DNA from: Squalus acanthias
Taxonomy: Eukaryota
NCBI GenBank assembly: GCA_030390025.1
Contig: CM059448.1
Span: 6,386,001 to 6,450,000, forward strand
Direction of reading: 5' to 3'
Length of the DNA stretch: 64,000 bases
Shown here: positions 23,350 to 37,593 of the stretch, piece by piece
Layout of the letters: every line of letters begins with the position of its first letter
How positions within the stretch are numbered: position 1 is the stretch's first letter
Notes under the pieces: model-generated
Databases searched by the model: none
Seen by the model: the letters and a program-made list of their open reading frames with translations, nothing else
Told to the model about the DNA's origin: nothing
Position numbers and translations under genes: made by a program

Positions 23350-24025
23350 TCATAGAATAGAATCATAGAATGGTTACTGCACAGTAGGAGGCCATTCGGC
23401 CTGTCGAGCCCATGCCAGCTCTCTGCAAGAGCACTTCAGCTCGTCCCACTCCCCTGCCCTTTCCCCGTAGCCCTGCAGATTTTTTTTCTACAGGTACTTA
23501 TCTGATTCCCTTTTGAAAGCCACAATTGAAACTGCCTCCACCACCCTTTCAAGCAGTGCATTCCAGATCATAGCAACTCGCTGTGTAAAAAAGTTTTTCC
23601 TCATGTCGCCTTTGGATCTTCTGTAATCACCTTAAATCTGTGTCCACTGGTTCTCGACCCTTCTGCCAATGGGAACAGTTTCTCTCTATCCACTCTGTCT
23701 AGACCCCTCATGATTTTGAACACCTCTATCAAATCTCTCAATCTTCTCTGCTCTAAGGAGAACAAAATTGAGAGGTCGCACAACACCAGGTTATAGTCCA
23801 ACAGTTTTATTTTAAATCACAAGCTTTCGGAGTTACAACCCCAACTTCTCCAGTCTATCCACGTAACTGAAGTCCCTCATCCCTGGAACCATTCTTGTAA
23901 ATCTTTTCTGCACCCTCTCTAAAGCCTTCACATCCTTCCTAAAGTGCGGTGCCCAGAATTGGACACAATACTCCAGTTGTGGCCGAACCAGTGTTTTATA
24001 AAGGTGGTTCATAACCGCCTTGCTG
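23350..24025 (-). mobile_element. CR1 LINE 3' fragment interrupted by a Penelope family B fragment (about 23766-23834)
   Basis: ORFs LYKTLVRPQLEYCVQFWAPH..LERVQKRFTRMVPG and LEQRRLRDLIEVFKIM. The insert matches 59550-59610. Confidence 0.88.
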
Positions 24026-24099
24026 TAGTGTGACCTGACCAGTGTACTGCACAAACTCAAAAATCAATTCTTGAGATTGGTGCTCTATTCATCTAGCTA

Positions 24100-24520
24100 G
24101 TGGCATAGTGGTTAGCACTGGTGCCTCACAGCGCCAGAGACCCGGGTTCGAATCTGACCTCGGGTGACTGTCTGTGTGGAGTTTGCACATTCTCCCCGTG
24201 TCTGCGTGGGTTTCCTCCGGGTGCTCCGGTTTCCTCCCACAGTCCAAAAATGTGCGGGTTAGGTTGATTTGGCTATGATAAATTGACCCTTAGTGTTAGG
24301 GGGGGGGATTAAATATGTGGGGTTATGGGGATAGGATGGGATATGTTAGGGGGAATTAAATACGTGGGGTTACGGGGCTAGGGTGGAATATGTGTACTGT
24401 GGGGATTAAAGCAGGGACAGGGTACTGGATTTGAATGATCAGCCATGATCGTATTGAATGGTGGAGCAGGCTCGACGGGCCGAATGGCCTACTCCTGCTC
24501 CTAGATTCTATGTTTCTATC
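24100..24520 (+). mobile_element. V-SINE (HE1-like shark SINE)
   Basis: tRNA-like head (TAGTGGTTAGCAC..GGGTTCGAATC), V-domain GTGTGGAGTTTGCACATTCTCCCCGTGTCTGCGTGGGTTTCCTCCGGGTGCTCCGGTTTCCTCCCAC, CR1-like tail. Confidence 0.88.
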
Positions 24521-25589
24521 AAGTTCAAATTAGCTCTGTACTGCTGGTGTGCACTACGCTAACAGCTTCATTGATCTATCGACCAGTACCCTCAATCTAT
24601 CTTCTCTTGCATTGTAGAATAGTACTAGTTAGCTTATATTATTACTAGTTATTACCCTTTTCCAATCTTCTGATTTTGTATTTGCCCACATTGTGACATC
24701 TGGCATTTTTAGCCCAGCTCCCCAAACTATCCTGGCCATTATGTATTTTATCTACCTGTTCCTGGTTGTGATCAAATTAAACTGCTACCAGAAGTAGGGT
24801 TCAAACACAAGCGGACATATATCCATTAGATGTTATGTTCAGTGCTTTAACTATTCATTCAGCCTGCTGTTAAAGGTAGGAACCTCATTTAACTACTATG
24901 AGCGAATGGTATCATTTGCAAATTTGAGTGCGAGCTGGAGGCTGTTTTTTTTAAATTCCAAGACCTGACCCTTGCATCAGTTCTCCCCATCCTGGGTGTC
25001 ACTCTTGTTTAGGCAGGTGTGCAGGATGTAAATTTCTTGCAGGCTCTTTGAGATAATGCCATGTTGTCCAAAACCAAACCAGATGCATCGTAAGTAAATA
25101 TGATGCATAGGATAGAATAGAAAGTCCACTTCAGGGGAGCTAGTGCTTTGTATTACAGCTGTCACACCGTGAGATTGTGTATTGCAAATGGATATTTGTT
25201 TTCAGGCCCCATTAAGAAAGTTGTAATAGTCATTTACATGTGGCTGTCATCTAATTACTGCTTTATATTATGTGACTGTGAATTGATTGCCACGGTTTAC
25301 TTAATGATGCCTGAAAATTAATGTCCAAGTAGCCATTATGGTGGGGCTTTAGTTCTGAGTATTGAAGAATTGAGCTTGCCTGAAATGCTCTCCGAACAGT
25401 ATTTTCAGTTTTTCGCATACAGCTCTGATGGAGTATTTTTTTTCAAAGCATGCAAGGGTATGAGTATTTTTAGGAAAGACCATTTGATCTCAACCTACTT
25501 GCCTTCTCACCATATCCCTAAATCGATTCTCCAAATTTATCTCATTACAGCTTGAAACAGTTTATTCTATTTACTTCGAGAACCTTGAG

Positions 25590-26348
25590 TGCATAATCCA
25601 GTTTGATACTTCATTGCAGTATTGCGGAAGTGCTGAATCATCAATGTCCTTCAAGTCAATGTTAAACATAAGAGCATAAGAATTGGGAGCAGGAGTGGGC
25701 CATACGGCCCCTCGAGCCTGCTCCGCCATTCAATAAGATAATGGCTGAACTTCGACCTCAACTCCGCTTTCCCGCCATTTCCCCATATCCCTTGATTCCC
25801 TTAGAGTCCAAAAAGCCATCTTTCTCAGCCTTGAATATACTCAACGATTCAGCATATACAACCCTCTGGAGTAGAGAATTCCAAAGATTCGCAACCCTCT
25901 GAGTGAAGAAATTCCTCCATCTCATTCCTAAATAGCCAACCCCTTATCCTAAGACTATGCCCCCTAGTTCTAGACTCTCCAGCCAGGGGAAACAGCCTCT
26001 TAGCATCTACCCTGTCAATCCCCCTCAGAATCTTGTATGTTTCAATGAGAGAAACTATGGCTCCATCTGCTTATTCCAGTGGCTCAGGTGGCTGTTAAAG
26101 ATCCTCCTTTGAAGAGAAGCAGGCAGTTCTCTTGGTTTTCTGACCAACCCAACGTTCCTCCCTTAATCAACACCACCAAAACAAATTAGCTTAATTCGTC
26201 TCATTACCGTTGGTGAGACCTTGTTGCTTTATGCAAAATAGCTGCCACACTGACCTACATAACAGTAACTGCACAATACAACTCATTCCATGTTGGAGCA
26301 CTTTAGGATGCTTCTGAGAAACCTGAAAGTGCTATAAAATGCAAGTTA
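25590..26348 (+). mobile_element. DeuSINE interrupted by a minus-strand CR1 3' fragment (about 25667-26050)
   Basis: The flanking parts are reverse-complement homologous to 56545-56985 and end in GTGCTATAAAATGCAAG. The insert begins with the CR1 tail ACATAAGAGCATAAG. Confidence 0.7.
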
Positions 26349-27712
26349 TCCTTTGTATTATACTCCCGTTTTTTGATTCCTTTCTCTCATGCTAATCATT
26401 TTGCACTTATCTAATTAAATTGCGCCTGTCACCTATTAAATTGAATCCTTCTGAATATAGTTATATTTTTGCTCGTAGTTGCTTTCATGTTGGTATCCTC
26501 TGCAAACTTGGAAATTTCACTTAGTCACACATCAGAAAAAGCAAGGGTCTCAAAACTAATCCCTTGGTAACCCTACCCTTGACCTCTTTCAAGCTTGAGA
26601 ACTTCTCAATTATGGATGCCCTCCATTTCCTGTTTTAAACCAATTTTCTATCCTCTGCTGATCTTTTTCCCCATTTTGTGACCTGGTTATTAATCAGCTG
26701 ATCAGAAACTTTGAAAATCCAAGCATATTATATTCGCCTCATTGCCATTGTGCAGCATCAGTAATATTTTCAGAAAACTTCCGCTCAATAAAGCAGATAT
26801 CTTCCTTTTGTGAGTCATTGCTTTGGCAATTGTTAACTTTTTTTCCCTACAACTAATGTTAAACTTACTTGTCTGTAATTTCCAGGTATATTTCTGAACT
26901 CTTTCTTTAGAAACAGTGTTGTTACCTGGCCACTTTCCAATCCTCTGGAATCTCCCAAATTAAGCAAACTTACCAAAATATTATTTTGTCATGGTGGAGT
27001 TTGTCGTCTAGTAACTTTTGTCACTCATCAGGGTCGCTTGAAGAAAAAATTCAAAACCCTTGGATTTGGACTTTGCTTTATTGGTGAGGGGATTTTATTT
27101 TCAATAATAAAACAATTACCGAGAGGACATAGTGTCCTTTACAAGCATGTTTGTTGTTCGTTCTTTTAACTTGATTACTTTGACCTCATTGTAAATCTTA
27201 GGCAAATTTAAACTTTGGCATTACCAGAGTAGAGTATACATAATTCAAACAAGAGAGATGATTGCTTATCACTGTTCCATTCAATGTTGAAATCTGCTGT
27301 AAAGCAGTGTATATGTGTACATTGTGTGCTCAAGATATGGCCAGGAATGTGCATTATTCTCCTGCACATACTGGCAACAAATAGTTGGGCAGTCATTCCC
27401 GTGAATTATTCAGGCAATTGCGTCAGCAGTTACTGGTCTGAACCGCCACTTGGAAAGCATAGTTCCACATCCTATGGGCAGTAACTCACTACCATCCTGC
27501 AAGCTACATAACATTTTTATAGGCTTTTTTATTTGGTAAGTTGTTGCACAGCTCTGCCTTAACCAGGATCTTGCCATACTTTGTGGGTGGCTGTAGGGGT
27601 TTTTGAAGGGTGGGTTTAAAATGTAGATAGTATTGTAAAAGAATAAACATGTTTGGCAACAGTGGTTTACAGCCAATAATCCATCTATTGGTCTGGGACT
27701 GCACCACAAGCA

Positions 27713-28760
27713 TCAACAACAACTTGCAATTATATAGCACCATTAACATAAAAACATCCCAAGGCACTTCACAGTGGCATGGGGGGGGGGGAAACACTGA
27801 GCCAGAGTTCAGAGGGAGAGGTATTGTAGGGTTGGACGAGGTTAGAGATGGGAAGGGATGAAGCTGTGGAGAGATTTAAACACAAGGATGACAATTTTAA
27901 GTTTGAGGCATGGGGAGAGCGGGTGGGAGTGCTGGGAACTAATGTAGGTCAGCGAGGACGGGTATGATAGACAAGCGGGACTTCGGGGCTTGATATGGGA
28001 TAGGATATGTGCAGCAGATTTTTGGATGAGCTGAAGTTTGTGGAGTATGGAAAACCAGCCAGGAGAACATTGGAGTAATCGAGTGTGGTGGTGACAAAGG
28101 CATGTATGAGGGTTTCATTGGTAGATGGGCGGAGATAGATGATGCTATGAAGGTGGAATTTGACGGCCTTTGTGATGGAGAGAATATGGAGTTGGAAGTT
28201 CAATTTGTGATTGAAAGTATACCCAAGTTGTGAACAGTCCGATTCAGCCTGATGCAGTGGCCAGGGAAGGGAATGTTAATTGGTGGCGAGCATATGAAGT
28301 TGTGGTCGGGGCTGAAAGGAAAGGCTTCGGTCTTCCCAATGTTTAGCGTAAGGAAGTCACGGCAAATGAGGTGAGTTAAAGTACCATAATCGCTGTCGTT
28401 GGAGAGTTTAGTTAGGGCTGTTTCAGTTCTGTGGCAGGGTGGAAATCTGATTGGAGGGATTCACACAGGATTACGGAGAGCAAGGCATGGCTCTGGGGAA
28501 TAACAACACGTTCAAGGATCTTGTAGAGAAAAAGAATGGAGATGGGCCGGGAGTTATCAAGGACAGAGGCGACAGAGGTTTTTTTTGAGAAGCAGGTGTG
28601 ATGACTGTGGTTTTGAAAGGGAAGGTGACAGTGCTGGAAAATTGAGAACCATTTACGATATCGATGGTATGGAAGCCAGGAAGGGAAGTTGGGGAATCAG
28701 GCATTTAGTGGGAATGGTTTGAGGGGGCTGGAGGTAGGTCTCATGGAGGAGATGAGCTTG
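27713..28760 (-). mobile_element. L2 LINE degenerate fragments
   Basis: Tail CAACAACAACTTGCAATTATATAGCAC and ORF LIHAFVTTTLDYSNVLL. Confidence 0.8.
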
Positions 28761-28877
28761 GATTGTGTGGGTAGACTTTCATTAGGTGTTATAGAAGGTA
28801 CCTCAGAGTTGTGTAAGATCGTAAACTGTGTAGAAAAGATAAATCCAGAACACTTGCAAGTTAAAACCTCCCAAATC

Positions 28878-29161
28878 CATGAGCTCTACCACCTAGAAGG
28901 ACAAGGGCATCACCATCACCTCCAATTTCCCCTCCAATTCACACACCATCCTGACTTGGAAATATATCGCTGTTCCTTCATCGTCGCTGGGTCAAAATCC
29001 TGGAACTCCCTCCCTAACAGCACTGTGGGAGCACCTTCACCACACGGACTGCAGCGGTTCAAGAAGTTGGCTCACCACCACCTTCTGAAGGGCAATTAAG
29101 GATGGGCAATAAATGCCGGCCTTGCCAGCAATGCCCACATCCCGTGAATGAATAAAAAAAA
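28878..29161 (+). mobile_element. CR1-group LINE 3' end (second family), A-rich terminus
   Basis: SFIVAGSKSWNSLPNSTV..LQRFKKLAHHHLLKGN*, tail CCCACATCCCGTGAATGAATAAAAAAA. Confidence 0.75.
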
Positions 29162-30049
29162 GTCACAGGAGAGCGGTACACGGGTTCAAACTTGCAAAAA
29201 GCAAATTTAGAACTTATAAAAATTGTTCGTACAAACAGTGATCAACACATGGAATGGACTCGGGGTAAGGTAGCAGAGGAGAAACCTCAGAAATCATTTA
29301 AGGAACAGTTTGCTGTGGATATGGGGGAGGAAGGGCCAGTAGATAATTTCTGAATGGAAATGCTTGGACGCACTGAATAATCTTCCTCCTCTGTATCTGT
29401 GGTGATCGTGTCATTAGTACTGGAGTCCCCAGCAGAAACGTTTCCAATTCTGAATTGAATGCTGCATCTTAATTTTAAGTTCACTGCATTTATTTTGAAA
29501 TGCGTTAATTCTTTTATTTTTGTGCTGCAAGTACATGTTTCACCTTTCTTTTCAATGCTATAAGACTTGCAGTTTTTAATCAGAAAATTACCATGGCAGT
29601 CTTCAATTGCTCTCTTTTCCCCATCCCCTCGTCCCCACGGATTGTATTTGCCTGAATCGTTTTTTGATCATTTTACTTTGAAGCACTAAAAACAAAGGAG
29701 CTGGGCTTTAAATTGGCAGCTTTAATCCCTGTAGATAGGAGTTCTGATGTTGAAAGCTACTTTCTTCTGGGCTAATGATCAAATAAAAAAGAACATTCCA
29801 TGTCAGCAAGGATTTCTTTTCCCGATGACTGCAGGTTTGATATTTATAGTTTCAAAGTACTAGATTGGAATATTAACGAGGTACTGCAGTGATTAAACAG
29901 GAGAACATGCTTTCTGTTGTGCTTTACTACATTTATTGATTATTTCAATGTGGCAGTTGAGAAATAGAAAAAGATTGAAGATGTGTTAATTAAAAGGTAA
30001 ATGGGTTTTCTGAAACTCGTGTGCATGCTGCATGTTCATTTACTCACTG

Positions 30050-30243
30050 GAGGAGCTTACAGAGATGGGGAGAGGCCATAGAGGGATTTGAACATGAGGA
30101 TGAGAATTTTTAAAATTGAGGCGTTACAGTACGGGCAGCAGAGTTTTGGATGACCTGAAGTTTATGGAGGGTGGAAGATGGGAGGACAGCCAGGAGAGCA
30201 TTGGAATAGTCAAGTCTAGAGGGAACAAAGGCATGGATGATGG
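30050..30243 (-). mobile_element. L2 fragment
   Basis: GAGCATTGGAATAGTCAAGTCT..AAAGGCATGGATGA is the reverse complement of the IHAFV.SRLDYSNA block. Confidence 0.7.
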
Positions 30244-33229
30244 TAAAACACTAAGGACTTATACATAGAATGAAGTCTTTGCAGTGCTGATTGTGTCTGG
30301 CAACATGAACTGATCTTATCTTTGCTTTAATAAAATAAAAATATGAAAAAAAGCTGTTGTAAAAGTTGTACTGCTGCAGCATTTTCTATAGCATGAAGCT
30401 GTGGCAGAGTGGCAGTGAAGATCCTGATTCCTGTACCAGGCTGTTCTATTAGTTGTGCTTGAATATGCCCTACCATGACGTCGTTCATTTAATGTTTACA
30501 AACTTACAATTTGTGCAGCAGTCAGTCATGTGGTCAGATAGAATAGCAGTGGTAAGGCTGCACCTCGACCTCCAGCTGCACCTTAACACTAATGGGTAGG
30601 AACAAAATGTTCCGGCAGCAGTTTGTTTTGTATGTTGTTTTCCTCTCTTTCACATGCCTATTTCCTGAGATTGCTCACTAGCCTTGTTAATTCTGGTTAG
30701 TATATTAAAGCTTGCAATAGTATTTCAGGAGAATCTACTTATTTTATCCAAGAATCTCGATGTGCTTAAGTCAGTTGGTATTATAGTGGTTTATCCCGAT
30801 GTATCAAATTATAAACCGAGATCAAATTCCTCTTGTGTTGAGTGCCCAGTTTAAGCTGGACAGTCAGAGTTTATTTGGGTGGAGGTGCACTTTCCCAGAG
30901 GGATTGAACTTTAAAAAAAAGTCAATCTAGATGCTCACATTGCAACTTTTGATGATTTGTTACTGCTGAATGAGCCCTGGGGACAAGTTACCCATGTCAT
31001 GTCCTTGAGATAACAACATGGTAGTGAGATAAGGTGGGGGGAGTAGCCTAAAGAGCAAAAGAAGTTGGATACCATACAAGTTCTGAGTGATGCTGCAAGC
31101 AACAAACGCCAACACACCAGCAATTACATTGCATGCCGTCTCCACTTTCGTCAGCAAGTTCAAATGGGCTCTTTTGTTATTTATGCAGTGACAGACTAAT
31201 GTCCTAATTCTAGCGTTGATATTTGCATCATTACAGAGGAGTACTATAGTTGTTGTGCGTCGTGGCAGTCATGACCTTGTGTTTCTTGTTTGACTTTTTT
31301 TTAATTGCTGAGGGTGCTTTTTCAATCAATCTCATTGGCCAATTATAATCATGTAAATGTTCCAATTGATTGTCACTTTCTGGAAATCTCATTGGCCAAC
31401 AGTAATCGTGACTTCTGAGTGGACGCAATGTGACTGAAAAATCACATGTCGTTGGTCCATGATAATAACATGACCATAATGAGTTATATCACAATGAGAA
31501 AATGCCAACGGGGAACACATTCCCTTCAAAAATGCATTAGCGGGCTGTAGACAGGATATAGATTGGGAGGGATGGGTTCAACATTCTCCTCCCATTTATA
31601 AAATTAACAGATATATAATCTAGGGAATAGCAGCAAATTATCAGTACAAGGCGATGCATAGGTGAAGACAGTTGAAAGGAGCCTTACACTACAGATCACA
31701 GCCATTGTATAAAAGATAGCTTATCAGAGAAGCGACAAAGAAAACTGTTCCGTTCATAAAATATTTTTGTTCAATGGGGGATAGAAGAAATCTTTGGTCA
31801 GTTTGCAGAACACAGTCTGGATTGGTAAGCTGAGAAAACTGATGCTAGATTGTACGTGCAGGTGAAATATTTAACAACACAATCATATATATATATATAT
31901 ATATATATTTTTAAACTTGCTTTACAATAATTTGTAAAGACTATTCATTTTTTTCTCTGTTCTGATTGGTTTCAAGTTGTTATCTAACACTCCTCTGTGG
32001 TCCATAATGTGTTATTTTGGTCCTTTTTAAATGAATATATTCACACTTTTGTCAATTATACAATAGTGAAACTAATTAGAAATAAGCAGTTACAATTTTA
32101 GGGCAATTGATTCTAATTGGGCCAGACTATAGTATTTTGCATATTCTGTTACATTCAGTCCTATTGCTTTCCTCTACAGTGTGACTTGACAGGAATTGTG
32201 AGCTCTCTGTGTAGGGAACTATGATCTAACGCTTTGTTGCAGCAATATTGTGCACCACTATAACGTCCAAGAAATAATTAGTTTGTAACTGCCAACACTT
32301 AACCTTGGATCAAGCATTGAGGAAGTAAATGGCTGGAAAAGTTGGTGTCCAGCCCTTTCATGGGTATAAAGTTCATTAAAAGGCAAGTGTTTTGATACAA
32401 ACTGTTCCTCACTTAGTAATTATAACAGATCTCTGAAACCCAGGCTCATTAACCTTTATGTAGTAAATATATTATCCGAGTCTTAGCACTGTTCTTGCAG
32501 ACCTGTTTCATCTCCTTTTATTCTCTATTTCTGCATTGCTCTGCAGTATGTTTGTGCACGGGAGAGACTAATGCGTTTTTCTTGGAAGATGTATGTAAAA
32601 ACAAAAATGAGCCACTAGCTCAAATCTGACAGACATGAGTAGCTTAAACCACATGCTTCTGAATTATTTTGTGTCTAAAGTGCACTTCATCAGTCCATTG
32701 ATTTATGATTCCAAATGCTGTGAATCATTGCATTTCAAGCTGTAGTTTGCAAATGTCATTTTTGCTCCATTTAGTTCACTATATCGTCACAGATAGCAGT
32801 CCTGACGTTGGTGAAAGTGCAGTGAAGTACTGCAAGACTTAGCAGAAATATAAGTGTTGCTGCAAAAGCAAAGGTCACCAATGGGCTGCACTGCACAGCC
32901 CACCACCCGTACAGGCCAGATATGGAATAAAATCTGCGGTTAAACCCAGGGCAATAATTCACATCTGAACATTCTAATGTACCACCTTGTTTATATTCCA
33001 CGGAACATTCAGCAGTGGTGTTGGTGTGTCCATTTTATAGTTCCCAGTTCCCCATACTTCTGAATTATTTTGTGTCCAAGAGCACCTCTTCCAATAGGCC
33101 TTGATCCTAAGGCAGTTTAAAAGTTGATGATTGCAGCTGTTTCAGTAGCAAATGAGAGATTTTATTTCCCCCCCCCCCCTCAGGATTCGATTTACATTTC
33201 GAACTGTAAACAGGGTGCGAGAATCTAAA

Positions 33230-33490
33230 CAGCCTGCATTGAGCTTGGAATGCTATAAAAATAAAATCTGTGCTCCTGGGCTATAAAGGAGTAAAATCAG
33301 CTATGATCACTGTCCAGTGTGGAGCATGTGGGTTTAGCTGTCAATTCTCTGTCCCAATTGGAATAATTTGCCAATAGTCTCTATCTAAGCTCTCTCATTA
33401 AGAGTGTCTGGTTGGGTGAGATAGGAGGCAGCTGGCACCTTTGGAACTATACATCAGCTGCAGTTGGTGCTTTTGGGAGAGAAAGGAGAA
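33230..33490 (+). mobile_element. Degenerate LF-SINE-like fragment
   Basis: GTGCTCCTGGGCTA..AAAATCAGC..TCCAGTG..GGCACCTTTGGAACTATAC, collinear with 42370-42600. Confidence 0.5.
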
Positions 33491-34494
33491 AATGGAATTG
33501 AAGAAAAACAGGAAACCAGTTCGCCCAAGAATAATTGGATGACATTGTTCTGATGTTTGTGTTGTGTGACATTGCAAATATGTTTAGTAATCTGGAAAAT
33601 TACTTCCAAAGAGCTGTTGATGAATGTTATGAAGTTGACTCGCATGAGAACCTCGTGTGGATGATACAGTAATGATCGAGCGGGATAGTTCTTCAGTACA
33701 TTTTAGCACCAAATAGTAGGAAAATAGTCTCATCCTCACGACCATAATATATCCCAGTCAGCCTGTTGGAGAGATGGTAGAGGAAGGGAAGGAGGGGAAA
33801 TATGGATCAATTATTCTGGACTGCAATTTGCACTCTATCTGGCAGCTGACTCGTGGCGTTTTGACAGAGGCTTGGGAGCAGGTTGGCTGCCCATCATCTA
33901 AGCCAGTGGAATATAGTTCAGGGACGATGCCTAACCAAAGAAGAAAACATGATAACATTTTGTTTCCACTTTGTAGGACATATTTTTGCCTCAACAAAAT
34001 GTCCAATTCCATGCAGCATTTGATACAAGGTAATTTTTAAGACTTTAAAAAAAAAATCTCCTTTTCCTTATATCATGCTGGTGATCTCTGTACCACTACA
34101 GAAGACCAGAGAGTACAGGAAGGAGAGTTTTTCTAGTGGAGGTTGCAGAGTGAGGCTGTGGAGGAATACATGGATGAGAATTTTAAATTTAAGGGAGAGG
34201 GGGCCTGTGGAAGGTCCTAGCGGATGAGTATAATGACGTGCACAGCTTAGAGCAGGATGAGATATGAGCAGCTGCATTTTGAACAGGTTGGAGTTTAGAG
34301 TGTGGATGAAGGAATGTCAGCAAGACTGGTATTGGAATCATGAAGTCCGGAGATGACAGGCATGAGTACGGGTTTCGGTAATTAGGGTAAGATAGTTAAA
34401 GAGCACGTGGAAGTGGGCAGTGTTGGAAATAAGCAGTCTTGCTGATGGTGCGAATACTGAATGTTTTTTCTCAGGAAATCTGTGTACAGATTTT

Positions 34495-35570
34495 TAAAAT
34501 TCAGGATTGTGAGCAGTGCTTGCAAGGCTGCATTTATCGCTCTTTGCACGTTATTGAGAAAGTGGTGGTGAGGGTTCTCCTTGAAACGCCACATTCCCTG
34601 TTTCCACAAGGGTATTGGGTAAGCAATTTCAGGATATTGAACTATACGAAGGAATGGCAATATAAATCCAAGTTACGATGGTGTGTGATGAGAGGAAGCT
34701 TGATAGCGTTCCCTCTACATTTCTGCTTTTGTCCTTTTCAGTGGTTGAGGTCGTTGGGGAGGTCCTCTTGAAGTAACCTTGGTGAGTTGGTGCAGTGCAT
34801 CCTTTAAGTTGTATGTACTGCAGCCAGAGTGTGCTTGTGATCGAGGAGGGTGGATATTGAGTCCAGTGGCAGGTGGCCAAACAGGTGAACTGCTCTGTCC
34901 TGAATGGTATCGAGTTGCTTGTGTTTTTGCGGCTGCACCCATTCACGCTAGTGGTGAGTATTCCATCACATTCCTAATGAGCATTATAGAAGGTCAATAG
35001 ATTTTGAGGGCTCAGGAGATGAGCTGCTTGTAACCGAGTACCCAGCCTCTGCCCTACTCGTGTAGCCACATTATTTATAAGACTGGTCCATTTAAGCTTC
35101 TGGCCGCTGGCAAGCCACAAGATGTTGATGGTTGAAGATTTGGCGATGGTGATTCCATTGAAGGTCAGGGAAAGAAGGCTGGGCTTTCTATTGTTTGAGA
35201 TGGTCATTATCTGGCACCTATGTGACACAAATATTACCTGTTACTTGTCAACCCCAGCTTGGATATTGTCCAGGTCCTGCAGTAGGCTGGCATGCACTGC
35301 TTCATTAATGGAGCAGTTATGAAGCTGAGCACTGGAATTGCCAGCAAACCACCTCACTCCTGACCACCTGATGGAGGGAAGGCCATTGATCAAGTAGCTG
35401 AAGATGGTTGGATCAAGGACGCTTTCCTGAGGAACTCCTGGAGTAATGTCCTGGGCCTGTGATGATTGGTGTTTGACAACCACGACCATGTTCTTCAGTT
35501 ATGACTCCACCCACTGGAGGGATTTCCTTCTGCACTCCTTTGAACTCTGTTTTTCTGGGGTTCTTTCTTG
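34495..35570 (-). mobile_element. Degenerate CR1-group LINE (same family as 28878-29161)
   Basis: Minus ORFs ITPGVPQESVLDPTIFSYLINGLPS (RT GVPQGS region) and LLQDLDNIQA. Its 3' part matches 28950-29130. Confidence 0.75.
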
Positions 35571-36822
35571 GCCAACTGAAGCTACCTTAACATCTCTGCA
35601 TATTGCAAAGTTTTATATTTCTGTTCAGTCATGTTGCTTTGTCTTCCTTTATCTTAATGTTTTGGATTAAGTCATTTTGTTAGAGAGCATTGGTTCAGGT
35701 ATTTTATTTATTTGTTGTTTCTTACATTCATCAAGGGGTTGCCTGAATTTAAATTAGAGACACAGAACTTTAAAAAGATAAATATACAGATGAATAACGT
35801 AGGTGTACTATAAGCAGGTATTTGCTGTGAATGGATGCACTTTCAATATTGGGAAGAGCTCGGCACATTCTGACATCTGACTAGTCACGTGCACGCACAC
35901 TGCTGGGAGTGATATTTATAGTCGGTTGCCAGCTGCTGTTTTTGGTATTTTGCCTACTTTTCAGTGTGAGGCTCTACTGCAAGCCATTAATGCTCGTGAT
36001 CTGAAAAGAATGTGCTCTTGCTATGCAAAAATTTAAATATTACCAGGTTTCACAGCAAATTTAGCAGTACTTCATTTTACAACAAAGCTAGGTTATGTAT
36101 CCTGAAACTTGAAACAAATTTGAGCCCCTGTGAGTTTTAAATGAGTTTGTTCTTCAGCCTCAACAAGAAAAGCAAGCTTTTCCCATCCACAGCCCAGTCT
36201 GAAGACACAGTAAGAGTTTCCAATTGCAAGAATTCAAACTGGCCAGAATGAATAGTTGTTCTGGTTAAATATTTGAGATGCTTTAATATTCAACTATTCC
36301 ACACTGTCTATTGTACCATATTCATCTCTCTCCAGACTCGTCGAGGAGGAGTTAGGGCAGGGCAATTACATTCTTTAATTTTTCCTCTATTTCTCTCTCT
36401 TTTTTTGGTGCCCACCCTCGTGACATGGTTGAGGTTGGGAAATCATGGACACGCCAACTTGCATTTTACCACTCCATGGTACAATCCTGAATTTTGACAA
36501 TTTCTGAGACCGGTTGTCACTGACATCCGCATTTATTTGCAGGCTAATGGAGTTGGTATTGACCAAAGTAGCATAGATTTGAGTAGTTGCTGGTAGAAAC
36601 ATAAATGGATAAACAGTACCTTCGTATTCATTACCAATCAAAGTTTGTGACCGTGATTCTTCAGTTTGATTTTACAACTGCTGTTTAAAATATTTGCATT
36701 CCTTTTGTCTAAAGGGGGCATTTAACCAACAAGTATTTTATTTTTATATGTCATCCATTTTTGAGGGTTGGGTAGTTTGGACCATAGAGTTCTCTGCAGT
36801 TTATGTTGATACTTTTGACGGG

Positions 36823-37140
36823 GTTCCGTGAAAATAACAACATTCATATATCACTTCTCACGTAAACTGTTGGAGTACTTGACAACCAGAGAGATGGATA
36901 CTGAACAAGGAAAGGAGGAAAATTGTGTGTGTGAGGGGAGGAGGAATAAGAGAACAAAGACAGAGTTGAAGCGATGGATTTTTAGGAGAGTTTTGAAGGC
37001 AGGAAAGGAAGTAGCATGGAGAAGTAGTTTTGGGAGAGAACTCCAGCAAGCAGAGTGACTGAAAGATTGGTCTCTGATGGTGGAATTAAGGGAGTGGGAA
37101 ATGAGCAGTAATGCAGCGAGGAACAAATGGTACAGCCTGG
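36823..37140 (-). mobile_element. Old L2 3' fragment
   Basis: Tail AACAACATTCATATATCAC and minus ORF SFSHSACWSSLP..AFKTLLKIHRF. Confidence 0.55.
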
Positions 37141-37560
37141 GGCATATAGCTTGAGAAGTTATCGGTCGGTATCACCTCGCACTTTCAGCAACTTGCCATG
37201 CAAAAAAATTTTTAAAACCTAAACGTGCAAGGGCAAATCCAACCAATGACCGGTGCCATTAGATGCCCTGAGGCAGCAAATTCTGACCCAATATTGCTGA
37301 CGGGTCTTGACGCTAAAACTTATTTAATGATTCTTTAGAAGTGCTTATAGAATTGGCTTAAGAGATACACAACTATCTTACCATATTTGAAGTATTTTCT
37401 CAGCTGAAGTAAGCTATTGTTACTCTGCAGTGTGTACTCCTATGCAGCATGCTCCTGGGCAAGTCAGTATTTTTTCATCCCTTCAGAAATGGTTTCTTTT
37501 ATATAAAAAAAAATCTGTAACTAAAGTGAATAATAGCGCACATTTTTTTTTCCATTTCAG

Positions 37561-37593
37561 GAGACTCCAAACTCTGTTCACTTGGTGATGGAG
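37561..37593 (+). CDS. ULK2: ULK2 exon 4 (ETPNSVHLVME), gatekeeper Met
   Basis: Long T tract-CCATTTCAG| ... GAG|GTAAGC, 33 nt. Confidence 0.95.

Noticed and set aside
24100-24175. tRNA genes (also near 9040-9105, 48270-48340, 55150-55223, 62500-62590)
   Set aside because: These are tRNA-derived SINE heads followed by SINE bodies, with no complete cloverleaf or Pol III terminator.
31328-31412. Repeated AATCTCATTGGCCAA (CCAAT-like) pair 59 bp apart
   Set aside because: Only two short copies deep in an intron, most simply a small local duplication. No promoter context.
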